Of a stretch of 64,000 nt of DNA, positions 45,688-57,600 are shown one piece after another (the first letter of the stretch is position 1; the number at the start of each line of letters is the position of its first letter). The position numbers and the translations under genes were made by a program. The notes beneath the pieces are model-generated. The model ran no database searches, was not told the origin of the DNA, and saw nothing but the letters and a program-made list of their open reading frames with translations. Source of the DNA: Pirellulales bacterium (lineage in GTDB: Bacteria; Planctomycetota; Planctomycetia; Pirellulales; DATAWG01); assembly GCA_035939775.1 (NCBI GenBank), contig DASZFO010000380.1, positions 6,577 through 70,576 of the forward strand, written 5' to 3'.

Positions 45688-48600
45688 ATGTGCGGACCTT
45701 CCCTCGACAGGCGTCCCGATTCTAATCCCGGGCTTTCCACACCAAATGACGGGTGTGGCAAGTTGAATGCGCCTTGGTCGTCACGGACCCATTGCCGGGC
45801 GTCGCGCTTTTTGCCGCGGGCGACCGACCGCGGGCGTTTTCCGCGGGTTTTGGCCGTCGCTGCAATCCTCGTATTGCTCGGCGCTGCGACCGCGCAGGCC
45901 GCCAGCCAGATTTGGAACGGCAACGGCGCTGACAACAACTGGTCGACCACCGGCAACTGGGTTGGGGGCGCAGCACCGGGCTCGACTACCGTCGTGAATA
46001 ATCCCGACGTGGCCACTTTCAATGGCACCGGAACCTTCTCCAACTCGACGGTCAACATCAATTCCACCACGCAGAACATCGGCGGCATCACTTTCGACAC
46101 GGCCGCCGCTCCGGCGTACATCATCGGTGCCAACGGGTTTAACTCCGGAAACACGCTGCTCTTGACCTCCGGCGGCACGATCCAGATGACGAGTACGGTC
46201 GGCGCGGTCACGGAGACGATCAACTCTCCCATCAATATCGAGGGGAGTTACACGTTTACGGATAACTCGGCGAATCCGTCGGCATTGCTGCTATTCAGCG
46301 GCAACGTCGCCATGGCCAGCGCTGTGACGACCAACTCGGCGCTAACGGTCAACGGGGCCGGCAATACCCTAATGATGGGAGTGATTTCCAACGGCGGTAA
46401 CGGGACCGCGACTCTCGCCGTGACGAAGTCCGGGACTGGCACTCTGGCCCTGCTGGGAACGAATACGTATACGGGCGGCACGGCGATTAACGGCGGCACG
46501 CTAACCCTTGGCAGCGGCGGCGCCCTCGGCACTACCGGCACGATCAGCTTCGGCGGGGGGACCCTGCAATACTCGATCGCCAACCAAACCGACTACTCCG
46601 GCCGCTTCAGCACGTTGGCAAACCAAGCGATTAGCGTCGACACCAACAGCCAGAATGTGACCTTCGCCACCGCGCTCACCAGCACCGGCGGCAGTCTTAC
46701 CAAAATCGGCGCCGGCACGTTGACTCTTTCCGCGGCGAACACCTATTCCGGCGGCACCACGGTTTCAGGCGGCGTCCTCCAGGGGACGACCGTCACGCTG
46801 CAGGGCGGCATCACCGATAACGCCAACGTTACGTTCAATCAGAGCATCACAGGGACCTATGCCGGCGCTATTACTGGTTCCGGTGGGGTGACGGTCAACG
46901 GCAGCGGCGTCGTAACTTTTTCGGGCGCGAGCAGCTACGTCGGCCCGACCACGGTAACAAACGGCGGCACTCTCAATATCACCGGCAGCTTGACCGGTAG
47001 CGCCCTGGTGCTCGCCAACGGGGCTTTCAACGGCGCCAACGCCACCGGCACTCAAACCATGAGCGGCTGGACCGTCAACTCCGGCGCGTCCACGATCGGT
47101 GAGACGGCCGCCGGCGCCCTCGCGCTGGGCACTGCCGCGCGCAACGTCGGCGGCACGGTGAATTTCACTCCGCCCGCCGGCGGCGGCAGCATCAGCACGA
47201 CCTCGACCGGCAGCAACGGCATCCTCGGCGGTTGGGCCACTTGGGGTGGCACCGATTGGGCCGTCGGCGGCGGCACGATCGGACCTTTGGCGCCTGCATC
47301 CTACACACCCGACACCTGGAGCGCCGGCAATAACACCACGGTGACGCTGGCAACCAATTCGCCGTACAACAACGTGACGACCAACAGCCTGCAGTTCGCT
47401 GCCGCGGCGGCCGACACCGTCAGCCTCAGTGGAACGAACGTCATCACCTCGGGCGGCATTCTGGTCAGCTCCGCCGTCGCGAACAATGCCACAGCCATCA
47501 CCGGCGGGAGCTTGACCAGCGGAAACGGCACAGACCTGATCGTCAATCAGTTCGACACGTCCAGCTCATTCACAATTTCCTCGAATATCGTCGACAACGG
47601 CACCCCGACCGGCCTGACGTTGGGTGGGGCGAGCGGCGGCACGGTGATTCTCAACGGGGTGAACACTTATTCGGGTGGCACCATGGTCGCCGCCGGCGCC
47701 GGCACGCTCCAAGGCACCACGTCCGGCCTCCAGGGCAACATCACCGATAACGCCAAGCTGGTATTCAACAACCCGGCAGGCCCGACCGGAACGTACTCGG
47801 GCGTCATCTCCGGCAAGGGAACTGTTACGGTTAATACCACTGGCACCGTGGCCTTCTCGGGCGCCAATACGTACACCGGCGTGACAACCGCAGCGGGCGG
47901 CGTATTGGAACTCACGAGCCTCACGGCTTTGCCCGGCGGCATCGCCAACTCCGGCGGAGTCAGTGGGCTGACCGTGAACGGCGGCGTAATCGGTCTCGGG
48001 CTCCCCACCGCCAATTTATTTGGCCGTTCGCTTGGCGCCGGCGCCAATCAGGTGCAGTTCACCGGCAACTCGGGCTTCGCCGGATACGCTCCTGGCGCGG
48101 TGGTCAACATCGGCGCCTCGATCAGCAACACCGGCGGGACGGCGATTACCTGGTCTGCTGCGCCAACTGGCAGTTGGATTCCAAACGGCAGCACGTTGAC
48201 CCTGGGGGCTGCGGATGCGACAAGCACGATCGTGTTACAGAACGCATTTGCTTTCGGCACCGCCAGACAAACAATCAACGTGATCCATGGCGCTGGGATT
48301 CCCGCGGGAGTTCCTGACGCGATTATGAGCGGCGCTTTGAGTGCCACGAACCAGGCAGGCGGCGCAGGGATTACACTCACTGGCAACGGCACCCTGCAGT
48401 TGGTCGGTACCGCCGACAACCCCTCTTTCACCGCCATCGTCAATAGCGGTGCAACCCTCATTTTGGCCAAGACCAGCCCGGGCGTACACTCGCTCGGCGG
48501 ATCGGGTGCCGGGTTCGTCGTATTGACGATCAACAGCGGTGGCACGGTGCAATTGGGGAACATTGTTGGCGCATTGCCGATCGGCGGCGCCGGTGGCGAC

Positions 48601-51600
48601 CAAATCTTTAACGGCGGCACCGATGGCGGTGTTAATAACAGCGGCACCTTGGATCTCAACGGGACGAGCGAAGCGATCAACAATCTCTTAGGCGCTAGCA
48701 CCGGGGTCGTCACCAACACACTGGCAGGCACGACCAGCGTCCTGACCGTAGGCACTTCGGTCAGCCCTGGTTCGGTTTCGAATTACGCAGGCGTGATCCA
48801 GAACGGCGGCGCGACGAAGATCGCCGGCCTCACGGTCGGGGCCGCCTCGCTCACGCTTTCCGGAGCCAACACCTACACCGGCTTGACCACGGTCTCCAAT
48901 GCCAATCTGACGGTTACTGGCAGCTTGACTGGCACTGGATTGGTGATCGGAAACGGAGCGTTCACCGTCAATAGCGCCGCCGCCACAACCATGAATAACT
49001 GGTTGGTCGGTTCCGGCGAAGCCGTCATCAACAACAACGGCGCGGGAAACTTGGCCCTCGGATCGCTTTTCGGTCGCCTCACCGGAGGCACTGTGAATTT
49101 CACCGTTCCCGGTGCGGGCGGCGGCAGCATCAGCACCACTTCCACGGGTAGCAACGGCATCCTCGCCGGATTCGCGACCATCGGCGGCACGGATTGGGCG
49201 GTCGGCGGCGGCACAATCACGGCCCTGAACGCACCCGGTGGCACGGTTTGGGTCGACGGCACGACAAACCTAAATCTGAACGGCAACAGCAGCGCCGGTC
49301 CCGGCGCTAGCGTCAACAGCCTGCTCTTTAGCACGGCCAATTCTTACACGGTGACGCTGACAGGCGCTAACTCGATCACCAGTGGCGGCATCCTGGTCAG
49401 CTCGGTCGTGGGCGCGAACGCCAGCGCGATCACCGGCGGCAGCCTCACCAGTGGAAACGGCGGGGACCTGATCGTCAATCAATTCAATGCTGCCGGTTCG
49501 CTCACGATTTCCTCGGCAATCGTCAACAACGGCGTCACGCCCATCGGCTTGACGGTAAATGGACCGAGCGCTACGGCCGGCATGGTGGTCCTAGGCGCCA
49601 CGAACACCTACACCGGCCCGACTTTTGTCAACGGCGGCGCGATCCAAACCACGGCGGTCGGCGGCCTGCCGCGCACCACGGACGTGACGCTCAACGGCGC
49701 GCTCGACTTGGCTGGAAATGCGCAAACCATCGCTGCGCTCACCGGCGGCTTCGGCTCCCTCACCGGCGCCACGAGCGGGACGGTCACCAATTCCGGCGCC
49801 GCGACCGTGTTGACGTTCGGCGGCGGCGGCCTGAATCTTTCGACGACCTTCGGCGGCACAATCAAGAACGGCGCCGGCACGCTCGGTGTGACAATGCAGG
49901 GCTATGGCACTCAGACGCTCAACGGCGCCAACACCTACACCGGTCCGACGACCGTCAACGCCGGGGTGCTCTCGGTCCCCGGCGGAGACATCAGTGCGTC
50001 GAGCGCTTTGGTGCTCGGCGGTGGAACGTATAGCGACAGCGGCACCCAAACCGTGGCTGGCTGGAAGGTCAACGCGGCCGGCTCGACGATTACGAATACA
50101 ACAGGTTCGACGACTCTCACCCTTGGCGCCCTGGCGTCGCGGGCCGTCGGCGGCACGGTCAACTTCGGCTCCTCGACCGCCAATCCGGGCGGCACGATCA
50201 ATACCAGCACCGCCAGCGTCAACGGCATTTTGGGCGGCTGGGCCACGTTCGGCGGCAGCAATTGGGCCAACAGCGGCACGGGCGGCGGCAATATCGCCGC
50301 GGCGGCGCTCACCAACGGATCGGCCTTCACTTCCGCGACGGTGAACTACAACGTCAACGCCACCGCCACCGCCGGCGGCCTGACAGCGAACTCCATGATT
50401 ATCAACAACGGCGGCAACGCCGTCACCCTCAGCTTGGCCTCCGGGACGACGACATTTACGTCCGGCGGCATTCTGATGACCAACAATACCGGAAACAATC
50501 TTCAGACCATTCAAAATAACTCATTGACCTCCGGGAACGGCACCGACCTGATCGTCATCAACAACGACACCAACAACGGCACGAACGACGCGTTGCTGAT
50601 CAATTCACAAATCACCGGCACGATCGGTCTGACGAAATCCGGTCCCGGCGCTGTAGTCCTTGGCAGCGGATCCAACAATTTCAGTGGAGTAACCACGGTC
50701 AACACGGGTGTCCTCCAGTACAACGTCGCCGGAGCCGTAGGTCTCACTTCCGGCATCGCGATCAACTATGGCGGCACGGTAATCCCCGGGTCGGGATTTA
50801 GCGGGACGCCCCCCACTTACACGCCGCTGGCCACGTTGAGCCCATTGATCACTGCGTCCTCGACCGGCACGATCGCCCTGGCGATTAACGACGGCGAGAA
50901 TTTCACGCCGACTGCGCCCATTTTCCTCGGGGCCGCCACGAATGTTGTGTATTCCGGGACGTTGGGCGCTGTGAATGGCGCTTACCGTTTTGGGGGAGGC
51001 GGCTTGGGCACGCTCACCGTCACCGGCCCGCTTACCGGGGCCAACAGCGTGATCGTGGCCGGGAATCCCACGTCGCAGACGAACGCGAACGGCACCGGCG
51101 TGGTCAACGGCCTGATCACCAACACGACCGTCGGAAACTCGGGCGGGATCGTCGGTCTCTACAATCAAAACACTTATAGCGGCGGCACGTTGGTACAGGG
51201 TGGATTCTCAGTCGCGCAGGCCGTCTTGACGGCCGACGTGAGTTCGATCGTTTCCGGGGGCGCGCTGGTCAGCGGCCCGATCGGAACCGGCACGCTCACT
51301 TTGAACGGCAGCGGATTTCAGGATGGCAGCATGCCGATCACTTTGGCCAACTCCGTCGTGATCAATGGCACTACCACTCTCGGCAGCGCCGGCAACGGCA
51401 CGTTGACGTTCTCAAGCGCCGGCTTGACGACCCCATCCACGATCGCGCTGGAAGCCAACTCGACATTGACCGTCAACAACATCTCCACCACGTTCGCCGA
51501 ATCGGTCACCGGCGCGGCGACGCTGACGAAGAGCGGCATCGGCAATCTGGTTCTCTCGGGCACCAACACGTACAGCGGCGGGACCATTGTCAACGGAACG

Positions 51601-54600
51601 CTCGGATTTGGCACGTTGGAATTCCTCTCGCCGGCTTCGATCGCCGGCAGCGGCGCGAATGTCACGGTCAATGCCGGCGCCGCCGTGGCCGCCGGCCCGA
51701 TCTACGGCAACCTGCAATCGACTTTCTTCAATCGCATTCTCTACAACTCGGCCGGCACGATCGCGCTATCCGGCAGCAGCATCGACAACTACGACTGGAG
51801 TTCCAGCGGCGCGAATTTCATAACGGCCGGCTTGGGCGCGCTTTACGGCAACAACGTCACCTACGCCGGATCGCTCACTCCCAACGGGGTCTATCGTTTG
51901 GGTGGCGGCGGCGGCACGCTCAATTTCGCGGCGCCCTTGACCGGCGCGAGCAGCGTCACCCTGTTCAACGACAATATGGCGGGCACTGTCGTGCTCGGTG
52001 GAGAAAACACGTACAGTGGCGGCACCACCGTCAACGGCACAATCGCCGCGTCATGGTTCAGCCCAGGTCTGGCCAGCCAAACGGTCGGCAAGTTTGCCAG
52101 CGTCCTGCAGGTCAACTCGAGTTCGGCGGTGAGCGGCGGGGGCCTGCAAAGCGGTCCCGTGGGAACCGGCCCGATCGTCTTCAATAATTCGCCGGCCGTG
52201 AGCGATAACGGCGCCAACATCACGCTGGCCAATTCGTTGGTCCTCAACGCGTTCAATACGCTCAGCCTCCAATTCATGAACAACCCGTCGGCGTTCACGA
52301 GCGCCGGCAACGGCAGCTTGATTCTCGATGGCGGCCCAGGGACCACGATTTCGTTTGGCTCGCTCGCCGCCGCCCAATCGATCGCCGTCAACAACACCAC
52401 GATCATCAAAGACCCAATCGTTGGAACGTTGAGTATGGCCAATGCGGCGGGCAACCCGTACGTCACGATCGGCGGCACCGGCACGTTGATATTGGCCGCG
52501 CAGAGCACCTACTCGTTCTCCGGCACCAACAACGGCACCAACGTGAACTTCGGCACGCTCCTCTTGGCCGGGCCCTCGCTACGGTTTGCCGTTGGCTCGA
52601 CGGTTGCCGGAACGTTCGGCAGCCAAACGTTGGTCAGCGGTCCCGTCGGGACCGGGGCCTTGTCCATCAACGGCGCCGGCAACACTGGGTCGTTCCTCCA
52701 GGACAACGGCACTAACATCACGCTCGCCAATTCGGTGGTCATGAACCTGGCCAATCCGGTTAACTTCGACAGCACCGGCGCCGGCAGTCTCACCTTCGAC
52801 GGCACCGGCTTGAGCGCCCCTGCCTTTTTCAGCCTGCTCAACAACAACGTCACTTTAATCACGGATAACACCACCACGATCAACGATCGAATCATCGGCA
52901 CCGGCACGGGCGCGATTCTAACGGTCGGCAACAACAACAATAAGTATCCCTATGGCACTCTGGTTTTGAACCAACCGGCGAACGCCAGCATCACGATTCC
53001 GGGTTCGAATTTCAGCGGTGGCACGGTGCTCAACTTCGGCACTCTGGTGGTCGGGGCCAGCACGATCGTCTCGGGATCCGCGCCGATTCAGTCACTAGTG
53101 AGCGGCCCGCTCGGCACCGGCACGCTGACCTTGTCGATCAACTCTCCGATCCTGGAGGATAACGGCACGAACATCACGTTGGCCAACAACGTGTCGATCA
53201 ACGCCGGCCAAGGCGGCTTCATCATCGGCAGCACCGGCAACGGCAGCATCACCTTCGACGGCACCGGGCTGACCAGCAAGGCCACTCTCAATATGACGGG
53301 GAGTGCGACCACGACCGCGGTGAGTTGGATCGTAAACAACACGGTTACGGTCAATGATCGAATCACCGGCACGCAGTCAATCATCATGGGGGGCAACGGC
53401 AAGTTGATCCTCGGCGCGCCGCCGGCTGCCAATTCCTACTTCAATGCAATCGCCGAAGCGGGAGTGCTCCAGCTCAATGCACTTAGTTCGTTCGGCAATG
53501 GCACGGTCAGCCTCGGAGGCGTGAGCGCGACTCCGCTGAGCCTTGCCGATTTCGGCGGCACGCTGGCGGCCGGCCCGGCTTACACCAATCTGCAGGTTTC
53601 GTTCTTTAATCACATCAGCAACACGTCGGCCGGCACCATTGCGATCACGGCCAATAGTTCGGAGGCTTTCAATTGGTCGAGCAGCGGCGGATCGAATTTC
53701 GTTGCCGCCAGCCTCGGCGCCGTCGGCGGCACGTTGGCCAGCCCGGTTGTCTATAGCGGCGCGTTGACTCCCAACGGCACGACCTATCGCCTGGGTGGCG
53801 GCGGCGGCGCCCTGTCGATCACTGGGGCACTGAGCAGCGCCGACAGCCTGGTCGTTGGCGGCGGCGGCTCCGGCGGCGCCGTGATCATCAACAACGGCAG
53901 CGCGTTCACCGGCGTCACCACCGTCAGCGCCGGGACGCTGCAATTGAACACGGCGCCCGGCGTTCCCGCGAACTTCCCCGGCATCATCACCGTCGGCTCC
54001 GGCGCCGCGGTCTCCGCGGGCGCAAGTTATGGATCGATCACGACGAATCTTCTACCGCTGCTCAACGTCAGCTCGACCGGCGCGATCGCCTTGAGCGGCA
54101 GCAGCTCCGAGAGCTTGAGCTTTAGCGGCGTCCCGTCGATGAGCCTCGGCGCCGAAGCGACCACGAGCGTGACCTACTCCGGCACGCTCACGCCCGCCAA
54201 TTCAACCTATCTCTTGGGTGGCGGCGGCGGCACGCTGACCGTCTCCAGCAACCTGACTGGCGCGAATAGCCTGGTTATCGGCGGCAACGGCGCCGCCGGG
54301 ACGGTGATTCCCACCGGAACCAATACATTCAGCGGCGGGGCCACGCTGAGCGGCGGCAAGCTCCAATTGAGCGCCGGCACCGTAAGCGGAACCACAATTA
54401 CCAGCGGCCCGGTCGGCACCGGAACACTCACCCTGGCCAATGGAATCCTCCAGGACAACGGCTCTGGGATCACGCTTGCCAACTCGGTTGCGCTCGTGGG
54501 AAGCACGACGCTAACCAGCGCCGGCGGCGGCAGCTTGACCTTCGACGGCACTGGCTTGACATCCCCGGCTACCTTCACCATCGCGAGCAACCCTGTCCTT

Positions 54601-57600
54601 ACCGTGGCCAACACGACCACGATCAACGATGTGATTTCGGGCAGTTCGGGCTTTACCAAGGCGGGGAGCGGCACATTGGTATTGGGGGGCACGAATATTT
54701 ACACCGGCCCGACCAACATCCTGGGGGGAACCGTTCGCGCCACGGCGGCCGGCGCGCTGCCTGGCGGCACCACGGTGAATCTGAGCCTGGCTGGCACCCT
54801 GGACTTGAACGGCAACGCCCTCGGCTTCGATCAGTTGACCGGCGCTGGAACCGTCACGAACGGCGGCGCGGCTACTACTTTGACGTTGGGCGGCAGCGGC
54901 GGATCGAACAACTTCGCGGGCACGATCCAAAACGGCACGGGAGCCGTGGCGTTGACCAAGAGTGGAGCCGGCACCCTCACCCTGAGTGGCGCGAATACCT
55001 TTAGCGGCGGGACAACGCTCAGCGGCGGCACGCTGCGAGTTGGCAGCGGCAATGCCGCCGGCACATTGCTGGGCGCCGCCCCCGGCACCGTGCTCAGCAA
55101 TGCGACCGGCACGACCACGATTGCCAGCGGCCCATTTGGCACCGGCGCCCTGACGCTCGGCAGCGGAACGACCTTGCAAGACAGTGGTTTCGCCACGGCT
55201 TTGGCCAATCCAGTTTCGCTGGGCACGAGCGGCGGAACGTTCACATTCTCCAGCCCCAGCGCGTTGGCTGCCTTCGCCAGTCCCAATAGCGGCAGCCTGA
55301 CTTTTGACGGCACCGCCTTGGGCACGAAGGCCACTGTCAATCTCACGGGCGCCACGATCCTGACGGTGAACAACGCGTTGACGATCAATGACCAAATCAC
55401 CGGCGCGTCCGCGCTGACGATGTCGGGCAGCGGAACCTTGGTTCTGGCCAACACGAGCGGCCTGGCCAACGGCTACACCACCATGAACGTCACTTCGGGC
55501 GTGGTGCAATACAACGGGATGTCGTCCGTCGGCAGCGGCCTAGTCACCATTGGCAGTGGTGGCGCCGTGGCCGTCGGTCCAGGAATCGGCGTTTCTGGGG
55601 GCGCGACGACGACAGGAACACCCATCTCGTCGATGCTTTCATCCATCGCCACGGGCTCGTCCGGAACCATCGCGTTGACTGAGAGCGATAGCGAGAGCGT
55701 CAGTTTTGCTAGTTACCCGAGTCTCAGCCTGGGCACGACCGCCAACGTAGTTTTCTCCGGCTCGATTACCCCGGCCGGTTCAACGTATCTGTTGGGCGGC
55801 GGCGGGGGCACGCTCACGGTCGCCGGTGGCGTTCTGAGCGGCGGCAATGGTCTGACGGTCGGCGGCGCCGGCGGCGGAACCGTGGTCTTGAGTGGAAGCG
55901 ATAGCTACAGCGGCCTGACGACGGTCAACGCTGGCGTGTTGCAACTGGGTGTGGTCGGGGCCAACGGCAGCAACAATATCACCGTCAATGCGGGCGGCGC
56001 CGTTGCGGCCGGTCCCGGCTATAACGCGTCCAGCGCCACGCCGGTTTCCAGTTTGCTCTCGTTGATCACGACCGGATCGCAAGGCACTTTGGCCCTGGCC
56101 TCCAGCACGAGCGAGAACCTCAACTTCAGCAGCTATTCCGGCTTGAGCCTCGGCGCCGCGGCCGGCCCCGGCGTAGCCTACAGCGGGACGCTCACACCCA
56201 ACGGCAGCACGTATCGCTTGGGTGGCGGCGGCGGCACGCTCAACTTCGCTAGCCCCTTGACCGGCAGCAATGCGCTCGTCGTCGGGAGCGGTTCCGGCGG
56301 GTCTGTGATCCTCAGCAACGCAACGGCCACTCCGAACAACTACAGCAATGGCACCATCGTCGCCAAGGGCAATTTGGCCGTCGGACCCACCAGCAGCGTT
56401 TTCGGCAGCGGCCAGGTGCAGGTGAACAACGGCGCCACGCTGACGCTGCTTGCCCCGATCGCCCCGGTGGCGACCACCGGCTACACCCAGGACGTGATTT
56501 GGGGGCCAGGCGAGGCCAGTCCGCAATCGGGCACGACCGCCGGATTTGGCGACGGCCAGAACGCCTTGTACCAGAAGGGAATGCCCGGCTCTCAGGCCGT
56601 CGGCAACATCGGCTTGCCCGCCACACGGTCCTTTGTCAGCCTTGGCAATCCCAATGCCGTCTTCCAATTGCAGCCATACAACGCCAAGAACGACTTGGCA
56701 CTGGGATCGGGCGGAATTGCGAATAACGCGGACAATCGGCAGAATACCACCCCGACCGGCACGTTGACCTTGGCCAACCCCGGCAGCTATTCGAGCATCG
56801 CGATCTTGAACGGAACCAGCAACGGCAACAACTGGTTCAGCGCCACGCTGAATTTCAGCAATGGCACGAGCTTCACCCAACAAGGGCTGTTCGCCGGCGA
56901 CTGGTTCACGCCGTCCAACTACAACGCCCCAGTCAATGGCGTCAATCCGATCTACACCATCGCTTACAGCGGGGCTGGCTATGTGACGATGGGGAACAAC
57001 AACGGGACATTCCTCGGCGGCGGAGCTTCGAATACGAACGGCTCCCAAAATGCAGGCGGCGGACCGAACTTCGCGTTGCCTCGAACGACCCTCTACGAGA
57101 CCGATGTCCAAGTGCCGCTGGCCGACCAGAACTTGACGCTCACCTCGGTCACCATCACCCACACGGGAAGCTTCACGGGCGCGAACAACGGCAGCGGAAC
57201 CGATGCAAATGCCGGCGCCGGTCCGAATGGCCATATGAATATCATGGGCCTCAGCGGCACATTGACGGGATCGATCACCTCCGGCTCGGTTAGCTACTCA
57301 AACGACGTCAGCATCCCGGCGAGTGCCACTTCGACGATCGACTTGCAGAACGCCGAAGGGGCCACGTTCTCCGGCCAGTTGCTTATGGGCAACAACGCGA
57401 CGCTGAACGTCACCAACTCCACCGGCGCGGTCTCCGACGGTCAACTTCCCTCTGGCGGGCAACCGTTCAATCTGACTCTTGGCTCGGGCACCGTGCAAGT
57501 CCCCGCGACGAGCACGTTCAACGTCTCGTCGGGCGCGGCGGGCGGCTTGGTCAACCTGACGCTCGGCCAGTTGAATGCCGCGTCGTCCGGCGCCGTGTTG

